In this document: positions 41,536-52,195 of the stretch, piece after piece | How the letters are laid out: each line of letters begins with the position of its first letter | Position numbering within the stretch: position 1 is the stretch's first letter | Source of the DNA: Limisphaerales bacterium | GTDB lineage: Bacteria > Verrucomicrobiota > Verrucomicrobiia > Limisphaerales > SIBE01 | Length of the DNA stretch: 56,854 bases | Direction of reading: 5' to 3' | Assembly (NCBI GenBank): GCA_044225505.1 | Contig: JBGAIN010000001.1 | Span: forward strand, 145,642 to 202,495 | Notes under the pieces: generated by a model | Told to the model about the DNA's origin: nothing | Database searches by the model: none | The model's input: the letters and a program-made list of their open reading frames with translations, nothing else | Position numbers and translations under genes: made by a program

Positions 41536-41810
41536 ACGGTCTGCACTCTCTAATTCTCGGAACTTAATCGTTCATCGGATACTCCTCTTCCTTGGCACGC
41601 CCGCGGGCGGTCGCATGAGCTCTTAATGACGCTGAAGAAGCACGGCTTTGGTGAATCAGTTCACCGATACTTGTTCGATTCAATCACCCTCGGAAAGATG
41701 CTCGGTTTTTGTGGCGGCTCAAGTGCTTCCCGGCTTGCTCCACTTCCTTTGCCCCATTCGTGGTTTTTCTGTCCGGTTTCACGTTCGGCGGGTGTTATAG
41801 CTCGAAAGAC

Positions 41811-42371
41811 ATGCTGGCCGACTACGAACTTTTACGACGCTACTGCACGGATCGCTCCGAGAGTGCTTTTGCCGAATTGGTTGAGCGCCACGCGGATCTC
41901 GTCTATTCCGCAGCGCTCCACCAACTCAATGGCAATCCTGATCTGGCGCGGGATGTGGCCCAGGTGGTGTTTACCGATTTGGCCCTCAAGGCAGCCTTGC
42001 TGCAGCCATCCGTGTCAGTGGCCGGATGGCTCTACACCAGCGCCCGGTTCGCGGCGGCGAAGCTCGTTCGGTCAGAACTGCGCCGACAGGCTCGTGAGCA
42101 AAACGCCCTTGCAATGGATGACCTTGATTCTGCACCTGATTTGCCAGGCGACGATGCCGCCAGACTCCGCCCGGCTATCGAAGAGGCGATGCAGGGCCTG
42201 GATGAGGCGGATCGCGAGGCGTTACTGCTGCGCTATTTTGAGAATCGAGATTTCAAGTCGGTGGGAACCGCTCTGGCTATCTCGGACGATGCGGCCCGAA
42301 AGCGAGTCGTCCGAGCTGTTGAACGAGAGACGATCCCGGTGCCACAAGGTCAATTACTTTCCAGCCGCTGA
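41811..42371 (+). pseudogene. C-terminally truncated ECF sigma factor (homolog of the 26287 fusion type)
   Basis: SESAFAELV, ARDVAQVVF, GWLY, DAARKRVVRAVER, then unrelated ETIPVPQGQLLSSR*, where the paralog continues LR..L..RG plus a long extension. Confidence 0.6.
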
Positions 42372-42729
42372 CGGCATCAGTTGCGCCCCTGCGCATCTGC
42401 GTCGAGCGTTAATTTCAGTTTCAAGCGTTGCACCTCGAGCGCTACCGTGAGGAAATCATGCGCGTGGCCCGCACGCTGGTGGATGAGGGCGAGATGGCGC
42501 GTGCCCGAGTTCAGGAGGTCGCTGGCAAATCTCACTCCTGCCCCTGGACTCATTTGGGACTCGTCGATTCTCATGCCTTGCAGCATTGTATAGGGCATTC
42601 TGCACTGGCCGGGATTGCAGGATTGCGATACGTTCCCGGAAGCTTGCAAAAAACCAGATCCCATACAGAGATACTCGCATGAACCAGAAGACTTTCGCCC
42701 GGCTTCGGCAGCGGCAACCTGTCCTGTTT

Positions 42730-45672
42730 ATGAAAGTGATGAAAACCATCTTTGCCAATCCCGCGCTCTGCGCTCCGCGGCGGAGCAGCGTGGCTGGGCT
42801 GGCGCTGGGCCTCGCGTTCTGGAGCGGCCTCGCACAGGCGGCACCGTTGACCGTCTTCAGCGGCGAGGCGCGCCTGGTCGAACGGGTCGAACCCGCCGCC
42901 GAAAAGATCGTCATTCCCTACTCGAAATACGTTCTTCCCAATGGCCTCACCCTCATCGTGCACGAAGATCACTCTGATCCGATCGTGCATGTCGATATCA
43001 CCTACCACGTTGGCTCGGCCCGCGAGGAAGTCGGCAAGTCCGGCTTTGCTCACTTCTTTGAACACATGCTCTTCCAGGGCAGCGATCACGTTGGAGACGA
43101 CGAGCACTTCAAGATCGTGACCCAATCCGGCGGCAACCTCAATGGCTCCACCAGCCGTGATCGGACCAACTATTACGAAACCACTCCTGCCAATCAGCTC
43201 GAGAAGATCCTCTGGCTGGAAGCCGATCGCATGGGCTTTTTCCTCGATGCCGTCACACAGCGTAAGTTCGAGGTCCAGCGGGACACCGTGAAAAACGAAC
43301 GGGGCCAAATGGTCGACAATCGCCCTTACGGACTCATCGCTGAAACGATTTGGCGAAATCTTTATCCCTATGGCCATCCCTACTCCTGGAGTACCATCGG
43401 TTACATCGAAGATTTAAACCGGGTGAACGTGGACGACCTCAAGAATTTCTTCCTCCGCTGGTACGGTCCGAACAACGCCACGCTGACCGTCGGTGGTGAT
43501 CTCAACACCGCAGAAGTCGTCAAGCTCGTCGAGAAATACTTCGGCTCGATTCCCCGCGGACCCGAGGTCACCCGCACCGTGGTCCCGCCAGCGAAGCTCG
43601 ACGCCGATCGCTACCTCACCCTGGTCGACAACTACGCCCGCCAACCCCGCGTCGTCATCACGTTTCCCTCCGTCCCGGCTTTCCATCCGGACGAATACGC
43701 GCTCGATTGCCTTGCGGAAATCCTCGGCCAAGGTAAGAACTCCATCCTCTACCAGGAACTCGTGAAAGACCAGCGTGCGCTGTCCGCCAACGCACGGAAC
43801 TCCACCGCTGAACTTGCCGGCGAATTCGTGATTACCATCACACCGGTTCCCAACCGGTCCCTGGCGGAAACGAAAAAACTCTATGACGATGCCATCAAAG
43901 CGTTTGATGCACGGGGCGTCACGGACGAAGACATTGCCCGGTTCACCGGCTCGGTCGAATCGAGTCTTATCAACGGCCTCCAAAGCGTCGCTGCTAAAGT
44001 GAGCCAGCTCGCCCAATTCGAAACCTTCATTGACAATCCCAATTACATTGGAGTGCAGCTCGAACGCTCCACGAACGTTACCAAAGCCGACGTCCAGCGC
44101 GTCTATGAGAAGTATTTGAAAGGCAAGCCCGCCGTCATCTTGAGCGTCGCGACCAAGGCCGCGCCGACCAACATTGTCGCCCAGGAAAACTTCACCATCG
44201 ACAAAACCGGCTACAAAGCGACTGACCACGGATACGCCGGGTTAAGATACCAAAAGGCCAAAGACACATTCGACCGCGCCAAAATGCCAGGCAGCGGGCC
44301 GAATCCAGTGGTCAAAGTTCCTCCCTTCTGGCGTCAAACCCTCTCCAACGGTGTGGAGGTCATCGGCGCTGAATCACGGGAGCTTCCCATTGTCGCCCTC
44401 ACTTTCTCCATGCCCGGCGGTCACCTGACTCAGTCCGGAGATCTTACGAAAGCCGGGCTTGCCCAACTCTTCGGCCGGATGATGAACGAAGACACCCAAG
44501 ACCACACCGCGGAAGAGTTCCAGAGCGCTCTCCAACGCCTCGGAAGCTCGATTGCGGTCGGGAGCGGCGTTGATGAAATCAACGTGAGTGTGCAATCGCT
44601 CAAAAAGAACCTGGAGAAAACGATCGCCCTTGTTGAAGAGCGGCTTCTCCGGCCGAAATTCACCAGCGCCGCTTTTGATCGGCTCAAGAAGCAAACGCTC
44701 GAGGGATTCAAACTTCGCAAGTCACAACCCTCCGCCGTGGCGAGTGAAGTCTTCGCTAAGGTCAATTACGGGTCCGACAGTATCCTCGGTATCAGCGAAG
44801 TCGGCACCGAGGAAACCGTGCGAAATCTCACCCTGAACGAGGTGCAGGACTTTTACACCCGTTTCCTTACTCGCCGCGGCTCCAGGCTCGCTGTGGTCGG
44901 TGACGTGTCCCAGAAGGAGATTGTCGAAAAACTCGGCTTCCTCTCGAAACTTCCCGACCGTGAAGTGAAAATCCCCAGCCTCGCCGCCGCCCCGAAAGTC
45001 GAGAAAACACGCATTTACTTCGTCGACGTCCCGAAAGCCGCCCAGACCGAGTTCCGCGTCGGCTACGTCACCGGTCTCAAATACGATGCCACCGGCGAGT
45101 ATTACCGCGCTGGCCTCGCGAACTACGCTCTGGGCGGCATGTTCTCCAGTCGTCTCAATCTCAACCTGCGCGAAGACAAAGCCTGGACCTACGGCGCGGG
45201 AAGCGGATTCTCTGGAGACAAATACACGGGCACCTTCAGCTTCCGCTCTGGCATTCGCGCGGACGCCACGGCTCAGGCCCTCCGCGAAGTCCTGAAGGAA
45301 CTCGGGAATTACGCCAGCGGCGGCCCGACCGCGGAAGAATTGGAATTCACCCGTAGCGCCATCGGCCAGTCCGACGCCTTGCGCTATGAGACACCCCTCC
45401 AGAAAGCCGGTTTCATCATGCGCATCCTGGAATACAACCTTTCTGCCGATTACGTCGATCAACAGAACAAGATCCTCGCGAAAATCGACAAACAGCAAAT
45501 CCAGCCTTTGGCCCGTCGTTGGTTCCAAACGAACGCCGTTAACGTCGTGCTTGTGGGAGACAAAGCCAACGTCTACGCGGATCTCCAAAAATCTGGCTTT
45601 GAAATCGTCGATCTCGACACCAACGGCGAAAAAGTAACGCCGGTCCGACCCAACCCAGCAGGAGGCCTATAA
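42730..45672 (+). CDS. M16 family zinc protease (PqqL/insulinase-like), exported
   Basis: Y.VGS..E..GKSGFAHFFEHMLFQGS (HxxEH), NGST..DRTNY, V.NER, two M16 halves, SRLNLNLREDK..TYGA; signal-like N-terminus. Confidence 0.92.
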   Translation: MKVMKTIFANPALCAPRRSSVAGLALGLAFWSGLAQAAPLTVFSGEARLVERVEPAAEKIVIPYSKYVLPNGLTLIVHEDHSDPIVHVDITYHVGSAREEVGKSGFAHFFEHMLFQGSDHVGDDEHFKIVTQSGGNLNGSTSRDRTNYYETTPANQLEKILWLEADRMGFFLDAVTQRKFEVQRDTVKNERGQMVDNRPYGLIAETIWRNLYPYGHPYSWSTIGYIEDLNRVNVDDLKNFFLRWYGPNNATLTVGGDLNTAEVVKLVEKYFGSIPRGPEVTRTVVPPAKLDADRYLTLVDNYARQPRVVITFPSVPAFHPDEYALDCLAEILGQGKNSILYQELVKDQRALSANARNSTAELAGEFVITITPVPNRSLAETKKLYDDAIKAFDARGVTDEDIARFTGSVESSLINGLQSVAAKVSQLAQFETFIDNPNYIGVQLERSTNVTKADVQRVYEKYLKGKPAVILSVATKAAPTNIVAQENFTIDKTGYKATDHGYAGLRYQKAKDTFDRAKMPGSGPNPVVKVPPFWRQTLSNGVEVIGAESRELPIVALTFSMPGGHLTQSGDLTKAGLAQLFGRMMNEDTQDHTAEEFQSALQRLGSSIAVGSGVDEINVSVQSLKKNLEKTIALVEERLLRPKFTSAAFDRLKKQTLEGFKLRKSQPSAVASEVFAKVNYGSDSILGISEVGTEETVRNLTLNEVQDFYTRFLTRRGSRLAVVGDVSQKEIVEKLGFLSKLPDREVKIPSLAAAPKVEKTRIYFVDVPKAAQTEFRVGYVTGLKYDATGEYYRAGLANYALGGMFSSRLNLNLREDKAWTYGAGSGFSGDKYTGTFSFRSGIRADATAQALREVLKELGNYASGGPTAEELEFTRSAIGQSDALRYETPLQKAGFIMRILEYNLSADYVDQQNKILAKIDKQQIQPLARRWFQTNAVNVVLVGDKANVYADLQKSGFEIVDLDTNGEKVTPVRPNPAGGL

Positions 45673-45808
45673 CGGGGAGGAAGATTCGATTCGGACGGGT
45701 GGAACTGCTGCGGGAGCCGCGGCTGTGATCATCGGCTGGCGGGGGAGCCAGGCAGGGAACGCTTGGCTCGAGGGCCATTGCCCGAAGCTGGACCAGGAAG
45801 TGAGTAAA

Positions 45809-48800
45809 TCAATGTGATTTAAGGCGGAAGAACCCATTTCCCGCCCCCGCCGGAAGAATTGCGGAAGTGCCCGACGAAGGAATATCCTGCCAGTCAGAAT
45901 TGGAAGCCTGCGTTGCGCGCTGCAACCTGGCCCGGTCCCATCCCTCCCAGCTTAAGTGAAGCTCGGTATCTTTCCGCGACAAGGAGTTGAAAAAAGGAAG
46001 CATCTCGAAAATAACAAACTTTCCATCCCAACCGGCGGCATAGCCTCGGCCGCCCACAACCGCAAGCTGTTTGGTTCCGGTTGAGAAAGCGGGCGCGGCA
46101 TTTCGACCGACGCGTCTTGGATTGAAGGGGCTTGAGATGTCGAAAACATCAAGGCCGATCCCGCCTACAAATGCATAGTGACCTTCGACCACGAGACTGA
46201 ATCCACCCCGTGGATAGGAAGCGATCTCGCGAGGGTTCGCGGGATCGGAAATATCGAGTACTTGTGTCTGGCCTGTCTCGAATCCGAATCCACGCGTGAC
46301 GGCCTGGTAGGCATATTTTCCGGACACGGCAGTCCCCTGCAATGACGCGAGTGTTTTATATCCGCCTAGAAATGTTCCAGTTCCGTCCGAGGTCTTTTCA
46401 GTGACTAGCCAACCCTCAGCGAGGTCGGGAGTATAGACCAAGTTTCTTGAGGCCGGCAAGCCATGCGTCCAGTCGTTAGGTTGATAAACAAACAGGCTCT
46501 GAGGCACTTTGGGATCACTGACATTTATGACCTCAATTTCACCTGGCAGCGCGCCAGACGGAAACCAAACGTAAACACGATCGTTATGTATGGCCAACTG
46601 CTGCGCCCTTCGCCTGAGTTCGGACCTGCTAATTTGCTGAGGATTGGTGGGATCGCTAACGTCAATCGCGTCCAGGCTCATTGGAGACTGTTGGCCGAAT
46701 TCGACAACGCCTTCTTCGAGCAGATAAGCACGGTCTCTCTCGACCCCCACAGCCACGCCTTCTCCTTTGGTTCTATAAGCGCCGATTTTTTGCGGATGCG
46801 ACGGGTTGGAGACATCAACGACATGCATCCCAGGATCAACAAAGGCGCTTCCATTCCACACGCCATTGACCGCCAGGTAGACGTGATTGCGAGACCAGGC
46901 CAGAGATTGAGTGAACGCGTCATACTCGCCCAATCGAACGGGATTCGCTGGGTTCATCTTGATCATGGTCAGACCTCCGCGCCCGTCCGCTAGGAGGACA
47001 TGTTCTCCCGTAACGGCGAGAGCATTTCGCGATTGCTCAAAGAACGGAAAGACCTCATCGCAAAACGCCGCTCGACTTGGGCTTGCCGGGTTCGAGATAT
47101 CAACGATATGAAGCCCGATGGCTAAATCTCCAGTCAGATAGGCATAATCGCCCGAAACCTTAATCCCATTGAAAGAAACGTTTCCGGTATAACTTGCAAT
47201 CTCCTTCGGATTTCTTGGATCGGAAATGTCATAGACGAGGAATGGGCCACCGGCAGCAAATAGAAAGTTACCGGATGTGACCAGATCCGCGACTGGTTTT
47301 CCTTCGAGCGTAGTCACGAGCCGCGGAGTTCGGGGATTTGCCACATTAATTACTTTCAGGCTCTCGGCTCGGTCAGCAATGAAGACGTGGTCGCGTGCGA
47401 TCGCGATTGCTTTGGCGTAGCCACTGGTATCAAGCCCGCCGACCAAGGCCGGGACAAAGGGATTGGAAACGTCTAAGACTTGCAGACCAGCTTCCCCGTC
47501 GGCCACATACGCGTAGTGGCCGGCTAACACGACGGCTTCGGCAAACCCGGTTGTATCTGTTCGTCCGGCTGGTGTCGGGTTCGTTGGTTGGGCAACATCG
47601 ACGATTTGCAATCCAGATTCACCATCCGCAACGTAAGCGTACCGACCTCCGAGAACGACGTCGTGGGCGTGTCCTACCGTTCGAAATCCGCCAACCTGGC
47701 GAAGTTGGGTCGAATCCGATAGGTCAATTACCTGCAAACCCGCGTTCGCATCCGCCAAGAATGCGTAACTGCCGGACACGGCGACCGCGCGGGTTTCGTG
47801 ACCCGCGTTCGCTTCGCCTGCCAGACGCGGATGAGCGGGATCGGAAAGGTCGACGACCTGCAACACAGAACCCAATGGTAAACCAAGAAAATCATCATCA
47901 AGATTCGCGGCCACGTAGGCGAAATTACCGTTAATAGTCACAGTCGACATACTCCGGTGATCCTGGAAGCGGGCTAACGAAATGCGCGTCGGCGGAACGG
48001 TCGGGTTTGAGAAATCAAGCAGGTGCAGACCCGCGGTTCCGGAAGAGAGCACTCCGTAATGACCGAAAATGGCTACGCCAGCCGCGTTCATATCGGTCGT
48101 ATAGGTGCTCACAAGTCGCGGTGAAGCCGGATCGGAGATATCCAGCGTGCTTAATCCAACCCCTATAGAAGCCACATGCAGATAGTTGCCTGAGATAGCG
48201 AGATCCTGTACGTCCCATCCGCTATCGTAAACACCCACTCTTTTTAATTGTGAAGGATCCGCAAGATCGATCACTTGCACATCTTCGACAGCCGCGATAT
48301 CGGTGTCCACCCCAGCCAGATATGCATAGTTGTCGGAAACGGCTACTCGATTGATGCCTCCGTGAGACTGATATCTTCCCAGAGACCGCGGACTGGCCGG
48401 AGTTGAGACCTCGATCACCTCCAAGCCATCCGCAACGGCCACATAGGCCCGATTATCTCTCAACCGAACATCCATCGCATCGCTCGATGTTTTAATTCCG
48501 CCAATTTTCCTTGGCTGGGCCGGAGCGGAGATGTCAAGGATCTGCAGGCCGTAGCCCGCTACGGCGATGTAGGTCAAGCTTCCTGAAACCGTAACGCCCT
48601 GGACTATCCCGCCTGCGTCGTAACCGAGCATCCATCGCGGATCGGTGGGATCGGAAACGTCGATGATTTGAAGGTCCCCAGCGGCCACATAAGCGTAGCC
48701 GTCTGAGACAGCGACCGAGCGGGCCAAACCCCGATGTTCTGCCGGCCAATGTCCCTGAAACTGAGGATCAAACTCCTTCCCGTGAGTGGGGGGCCAAAGT

Positions 48801-48865
48801 GCCAGGGATAGAAAAACCACCCAAAAGGCACGGACAATCCGTTGATATGGAAATTGTTTCATCAT
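45809..48865 (-). CDS. Secreted LVIVD-repeat (beta-propeller) protein with C-terminal FFR domain
   Basis: Signal peptide; many V.VSG.YAYVA.G..GL.++D+S.P..P repeats; ends GNGFFRLKSH. Confidence 0.9.
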   Translation of the reverse strand: MMKQFPYQRIVRAFWVVFLSLALWPPTHGKEFDPQFQGHWPAEHRGLARSVAVSDGYAYVAAGDLQIIDVSDPTDPRWMLGYDAGGIVQGVTVSGSLTYIAVAGYGLQILDISAPAQPRKIGGIKTSSDAMDVRLRDNRAYVAVADGLEVIEVSTPASPRSLGRYQSHGGINRVAVSDNYAYLAGVDTDIAAVEDVQVIDLADPSQLKRVGVYDSGWDVQDLAISGNYLHVASIGVGLSTLDISDPASPRLVSTYTTDMNAAGVAIFGHYGVLSSGTAGLHLLDFSNPTVPPTRISLARFQDHRSMSTVTINGNFAYVAANLDDDFLGLPLGSVLQVVDLSDPAHPRLAGEANAGHETRAVAVSGSYAFLADANAGLQVIDLSDSTQLRQVGGFRTVGHAHDVVLGGRYAYVADGESGLQIVDVAQPTNPTPAGRTDTTGFAEAVVLAGHYAYVADGEAGLQVLDVSNPFVPALVGGLDTSGYAKAIAIARDHVFIADRAESLKVINVANPRTPRLVTTLEGKPVADLVTSGNFLFAAGGPFLVYDISDPRNPKEIASYTGNVSFNGIKVSGDYAYLTGDLAIGLHIVDISNPASPSRAAFCDEVFPFFEQSRNALAVTGEHVLLADGRGGLTMIKMNPANPVRLGEYDAFTQSLAWSRNHVYLAVNGVWNGSAFVDPGMHVVDVSNPSHPQKIGAYRTKGEGVAVGVERDRAYLLEEGVVEFGQQSPMSLDAIDVSDPTNPQQISRSELRRRAQQLAIHNDRVYVWFPSGALPGEIEVINVSDPKVPQSLFVYQPNDWTHGLPASRNLVYTPDLAEGWLVTEKTSDGTGTFLGGYKTLASLQGTAVSGKYAYQAVTRGFGFETGQTQVLDISDPANPREIASYPRGGFSLVVEGHYAFVGGIGLDVFDISSPFNPRRVGRNAAPAFSTGTKQLAVVGGRGYAAGWDGKFVIFEMLPFFNSLSRKDTELHLSWEGWDRARLQRATQASNSDWQDIPSSGTSAILPAGAGNGFFRLKSH

Positions 48866-48889
48866 TCTTCGGTGCAACTCCAACTGGTT

Positions 48890-48916
48890 CCATGCAGGAA
48901 TTGCGGCAAGGTTACA
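48890..48916 (-). promoter_or_regulatory. Putative ECF promoter TGTAACC-N13-TGCATGG upstream of the LVIVD gene
   Basis: Same boxes and spacing as 52165-52191. Confidence 0.65.
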
Positions 48917-48933
48917 GACGAATGGAAAAACAA

Positions 48934-51900
48934 TTACCGAAGGGCATGCTGCTCCTGTTGCGATTCCATCGCGGCGATTTCCTCGAAGGAAGGCGCCCTG
49001 AAAAGCTTCACGCGTTCGCCCGGAAAGCTTAGATAGCCAGCGGCGAGGACCCGCCCATCCGGGGAAAAACAGAGGGAGCGAAAAATACTGCCGAGCGGAA
49101 GAGGCAGCGTAACGATTTCCTGGTCTGTGGCGAGGTTCCAGAGCCTCACTTTACCGTCGAGGCCGCCGGTCGCGAGAGTCCGCCCGTCAGGCGAGAAGGC
49201 CACACGGCGCACGCCCATAAGATGCCCTTTGAGAACTGTCCGCAATCGTCCGGAGGGAAACTCCCAAAGCCTGGCTTCGTTACCTTCCATTGTGCAAGTG
49301 GCGAGCAAACGGTCGTCTGGCGAGAACTCCGCCCAAGTCACGTAGCCGTCATGTCCGTTCAGGCGACGAAGTTCCCGTTGATTGACGATATCCCAGATGG
49401 CCGCATCGGTGCGGTTTCTGGAGGCGCAAACCATCCATTTTCCATCCGATGTAAAGTCGATAGCAGAGACAGGATTTGTCGTCGGGCGAAGCGCAATCAT
49501 TTCCGCGCCTGTGGACGTATTCCAAAAGACCAGCCTGCCATCAGCGCTGCCTGTAGCGATAGCGCTCCCATCCGGCAGAAACTTCACGAAGCTGATCTCA
49601 TTTGTTGCCGCTTTCCATGAGAAAAGCTGTGTTCCTGCGCTGAGATTCCACAGTTCGACGGAACCATCCTCGCGACCCAGGGCGCCAAGGGGTTTGTTAC
49701 CCTGAACATCGAACAACGTGTTCATCAGGTTGTCCGGAATCAGCGGTTTGGGTGAAACGGGCACCGGTCGCGTAATTCCGTCACCAAAATGCCAGCGGAA
49801 AGCCGGTGGGCCAGGGCCAAGCACAAAGGTCCTACTGTCCGCGGTAAACCCGGCAATTAGACTGCCCTCGCCGGATCCAGCCGGGGCGACCGCGTCTCGT
49901 GTGTTCCATAACTTTGTTGTGCCATCGAAACTGCCAGAGACGACCGTCTGACCGTCCGGGGAAATATCCAATGCCCAGACTTCTCGGGTATGACCACGCA
50001 AGCGAACCAGGTGTTTGCGAGTCGTGAGATCCCAGAGATTGACGGTGCGATCGGCACTCGTCGTGGCGAATACATCCCCGTGCAAAGGAACAGCAATGTT
50101 GCTCACGTGAGTGGAATGCTCGTGAAAACTTTGAATTAGTTTCGGGGGAGACTGCGTGACATCCCATACCAGCAACCGGCCATCCCACGCTCCGGTTAGA
50201 AGATGTTTGCTGTCCGGCATGAATGCGGCTGAGGACAACGGAGTTTCCACGGGGAACAAGTCCGCGTAAAGTTCCAGAGTTGGGACTTTCCACAACCGCA
50301 AACCAGAAACACCAAGTTCCATCCAGGGGGTCACTAGTAGTTTGCCGTCCGGGGAAAACGATGCGACGTGCCGAACGTGCCAATTCATACCCGGGGTGTT
50401 CGGGCATTCACCCACTGGCGACCACTTGACTGTGCTCCATACAACGAGGTTTGTGGATCGCGCTTTCCCTGTCACCATCCAATTGCCATCAGGTGAGAAC
50501 TTCACCGGCGCGACGGCCTCGGGCAGCGTCCGCGCTTCGCGCCACGTCCGAGTATCCAGGAGCTTGACTGAACTCCAATCTGCCAGCGCCAGGAGAGTGC
50601 TGTCGGGCGAGAACGATAGGTTAATCGCCCCCGGGAAATTGGTGATGATCCGATGGGAAGGCCTTTCGCGGATCACGACGTAATCCGCGGAGCAGGCGAG
50701 CAATCCGCCGTTTGGCGAAAAAGCGACCACACTGGCGGCTTCCGCTGGGAAAGTAGCCTGTTCATTTCCCTGGCAAAGTTGCCAGAGATGACGCCATTCA
50801 AAACCGCGCAAGTCCTGCTCACCTTCTTTGGGACGCTGCCGGTCGAGCATTTCCACCGCACGGGCCAGGTTGTTCTCCGCGAGGGCTTGATGGGCCACAT
50901 TGACTTCGGCGGCGTAGGCGCGACGACGAGTCGCTTCTTTGCGCGCGCGCGCGGATTGCCAAGAAGAGATCAACAGACTGAGAACGACGGCAAGAACAGC
51001 GACGCTTGAGGTCGTCACGAGCACGTTGTTTCGGCGAATGAGTTTGCGAAACCGGTAGAGTGAACTGGGCGGGCGAGCGGCAATGGGTTGGTTTGCCAGA
51101 TATCGCTTTAAGTCCGCTGCGAGTTCAGTCGCAGATTCGTAACGCCGCGCGCGATTCTTTTCGAGGGCTTTGATCGTGATCCAGTCGAGATCACCGCGAA
51201 CACTCTTGTAGAGCCGACGCGGTTCTTCTGAGCGCAGAGCCGCCACCAGAGATTGGTCCTCCAGGTGCAACGTGGATAACCGAGCCGACGGCGTCGCCGC
51301 TTCTTCTTCTCGAATGAGCTTGAGCATCGCTTCGTACCCTGCATTGCGGAGTTTTTTCGGGTCGAGCGGCGTTTGCCCAATCAGCAATTCGTAAAGAAGT
51401 ACTCCCAGCGAATAGATGTCCGTCCGTGTATCGACATCGAAACTGCCCAGGCTGGCTTGCTCAGGACTTACGTAGGCGGGTGTGCCAAGGAACTGCTGAA
51501 AGCGAGTAAAGAGCGTCTTCTCCGTTAGCGGTTCATCCAGAGCTTTGGCCACGCCGAAATCAATGACCTTCGGAGCAAACTGCCGATCCACTTCGCTTAC
51601 CAAAATGTTGCTTGGCTTGAGGTCGCGGTGAATGACCCCTTTCTGATGCGCGTGCTGCACCGCCTCGCATACCAGGATAAAAAGCTTGAGACGTTCGCGC
51701 GTGGGCAGGTGATGCGAATCGCAAAACTCTGTAATTGGCGCCCCCCGGACCCATTCCATCACGAAGAAAGGTCGTCCCGTTTCCGTCGTCCCGCCGTCAA
51801 ACACGCGAGCGATGTGGGGATGGTCCATCATGGCCAGCGCCTGCCGTTCCGCCTCAAAGCGCTTCATCACTTCGCGCGTATCCATGCCGAGCTTGATCAG

Positions 51901-52152
51901 CTTGAGGGCGACACGACGCTGCACCGGTTCCAGTTGCTCGGCCATCCAAACCGTTCCAAATGCGCCTTCGCCAATGTGTTCGATCAACCGGTAACGCCCA
52001 ATAATCGTGCCTGCTACCGGTGTGCTCGTGGGTGTTTCGCTGTCGTCCGGCTCCAAATGGCGCAAGCCAAGAGAAAGAAGGCACGCCGGGCATCGCCCGT
52101 CACGCAACGAGGAAACCGATTTGCCGCATTCGGGGCAGAGTTGCTTCGACAT
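48934..52152 (-). CDS. Membrane Ser/Thr kinase with Cys knuckle and WD40 repeats (module 3)
   Basis: [63 protein letters not shown] repeats. Confidence 0.93.
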   Translation of the reverse strand: MSKQLCPECGKSVSSLRDGRCPACLLSLGLRHLEPDDSETPTSTPVAGTIIGRYRLIEHIGEGAFGTVWMAEQLEPVQRRVALKLIKLGMDTREVMKRFEAERQALAMMDHPHIARVFDGGTTETGRPFFVMEWVRGAPITEFCDSHHLPTRERLKLFILVCEAVQHAHQKGVIHRDLKPSNILVSEVDRQFAPKVIDFGVAKALDEPLTEKTLFTRFQQFLGTPAYVSPEQASLGSFDVDTRTDIYSLGVLLYELLIGQTPLDPKKLRNAGYEAMLKLIREEEAATPSARLSTLHLEDQSLVAALRSEEPRRLYKSVRGDLDWITIKALEKNRARRYESATELAADLKRYLANQPIAARPPSSLYRFRKLIRRNNVLVTTSSVAVLAVVLSLLISSWQSARARKEATRRRAYAAEVNVAHQALAENNLARAVEMLDRQRPKEGEQDLRGFEWRHLWQLCQGNEQATFPAEAASVVAFSPNGGLLACSADYVVIRERPSHRIITNFPGAINLSFSPDSTLLALADWSSVKLLDTRTWREARTLPEAVAPVKFSPDGNWMVTGKARSTNLVVWSTVKWSPVGECPNTPGMNWHVRHVASFSPDGKLLVTPWMELGVSGLRLWKVPTLELYADLFPVETPLSSAAFMPDSKHLLTGAWDGRLLVWDVTQSPPKLIQSFHEHSTHVSNIAVPLHGDVFATTSADRTVNLWDLTTRKHLVRLRGHTREVWALDISPDGQTVVSGSFDGTTKLWNTRDAVAPAGSGEGSLIAGFTADSRTFVLGPGPPAFRWHFGDGITRPVPVSPKPLIPDNLMNTLFDVQGNKPLGALGREDGSVELWNLSAGTQLFSWKAATNEISFVKFLPDGSAIATGSADGRLVFWNTSTGAEMIALRPTTNPVSAIDFTSDGKWMVCASRNRTDAAIWDIVNQRELRRLNGHDGYVTWAEFSPDDRLLATCTMEGNEARLWEFPSGRLRTVLKGHLMGVRRVAFSPDGRTLATGGLDGKVRLWNLATDQEIVTLPLPLGSIFRSLCFSPDGRVLAAGYLSFPGERVKLFRAPSFEEIAAMESQQEQHALR

Positions 52153-52164
52153 CGTCTTTCTTTG

Positions 52165-52191
52165 CCAAGCAATTTTGGGCCAAAGGTTACA
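52165..52191 (-). promoter_or_regulatory. Putative ECF promoter TGTAACC-N13-TGCTTGG upstream of kinase 3
   Basis: tgtaacc tttggcccaaaat tgcttgg, 12 nt before ATG 52152. Confidence 0.65.
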
Positions 52192-52195
52192 ACCT

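Noticed and set aside
41591..41610. Sigma54 promoter (TTGGCACG)
   Set aside because: No TTGC -12 element at the required distance.
42571..45588. Long antisense ORFs (42571..43377, 43414..44229, 44722..45588) and similar shadow ORFs elsewhere
   Set aside because: They are in-register shadows of a strongly codon-biased real gene and show no protein motifs.
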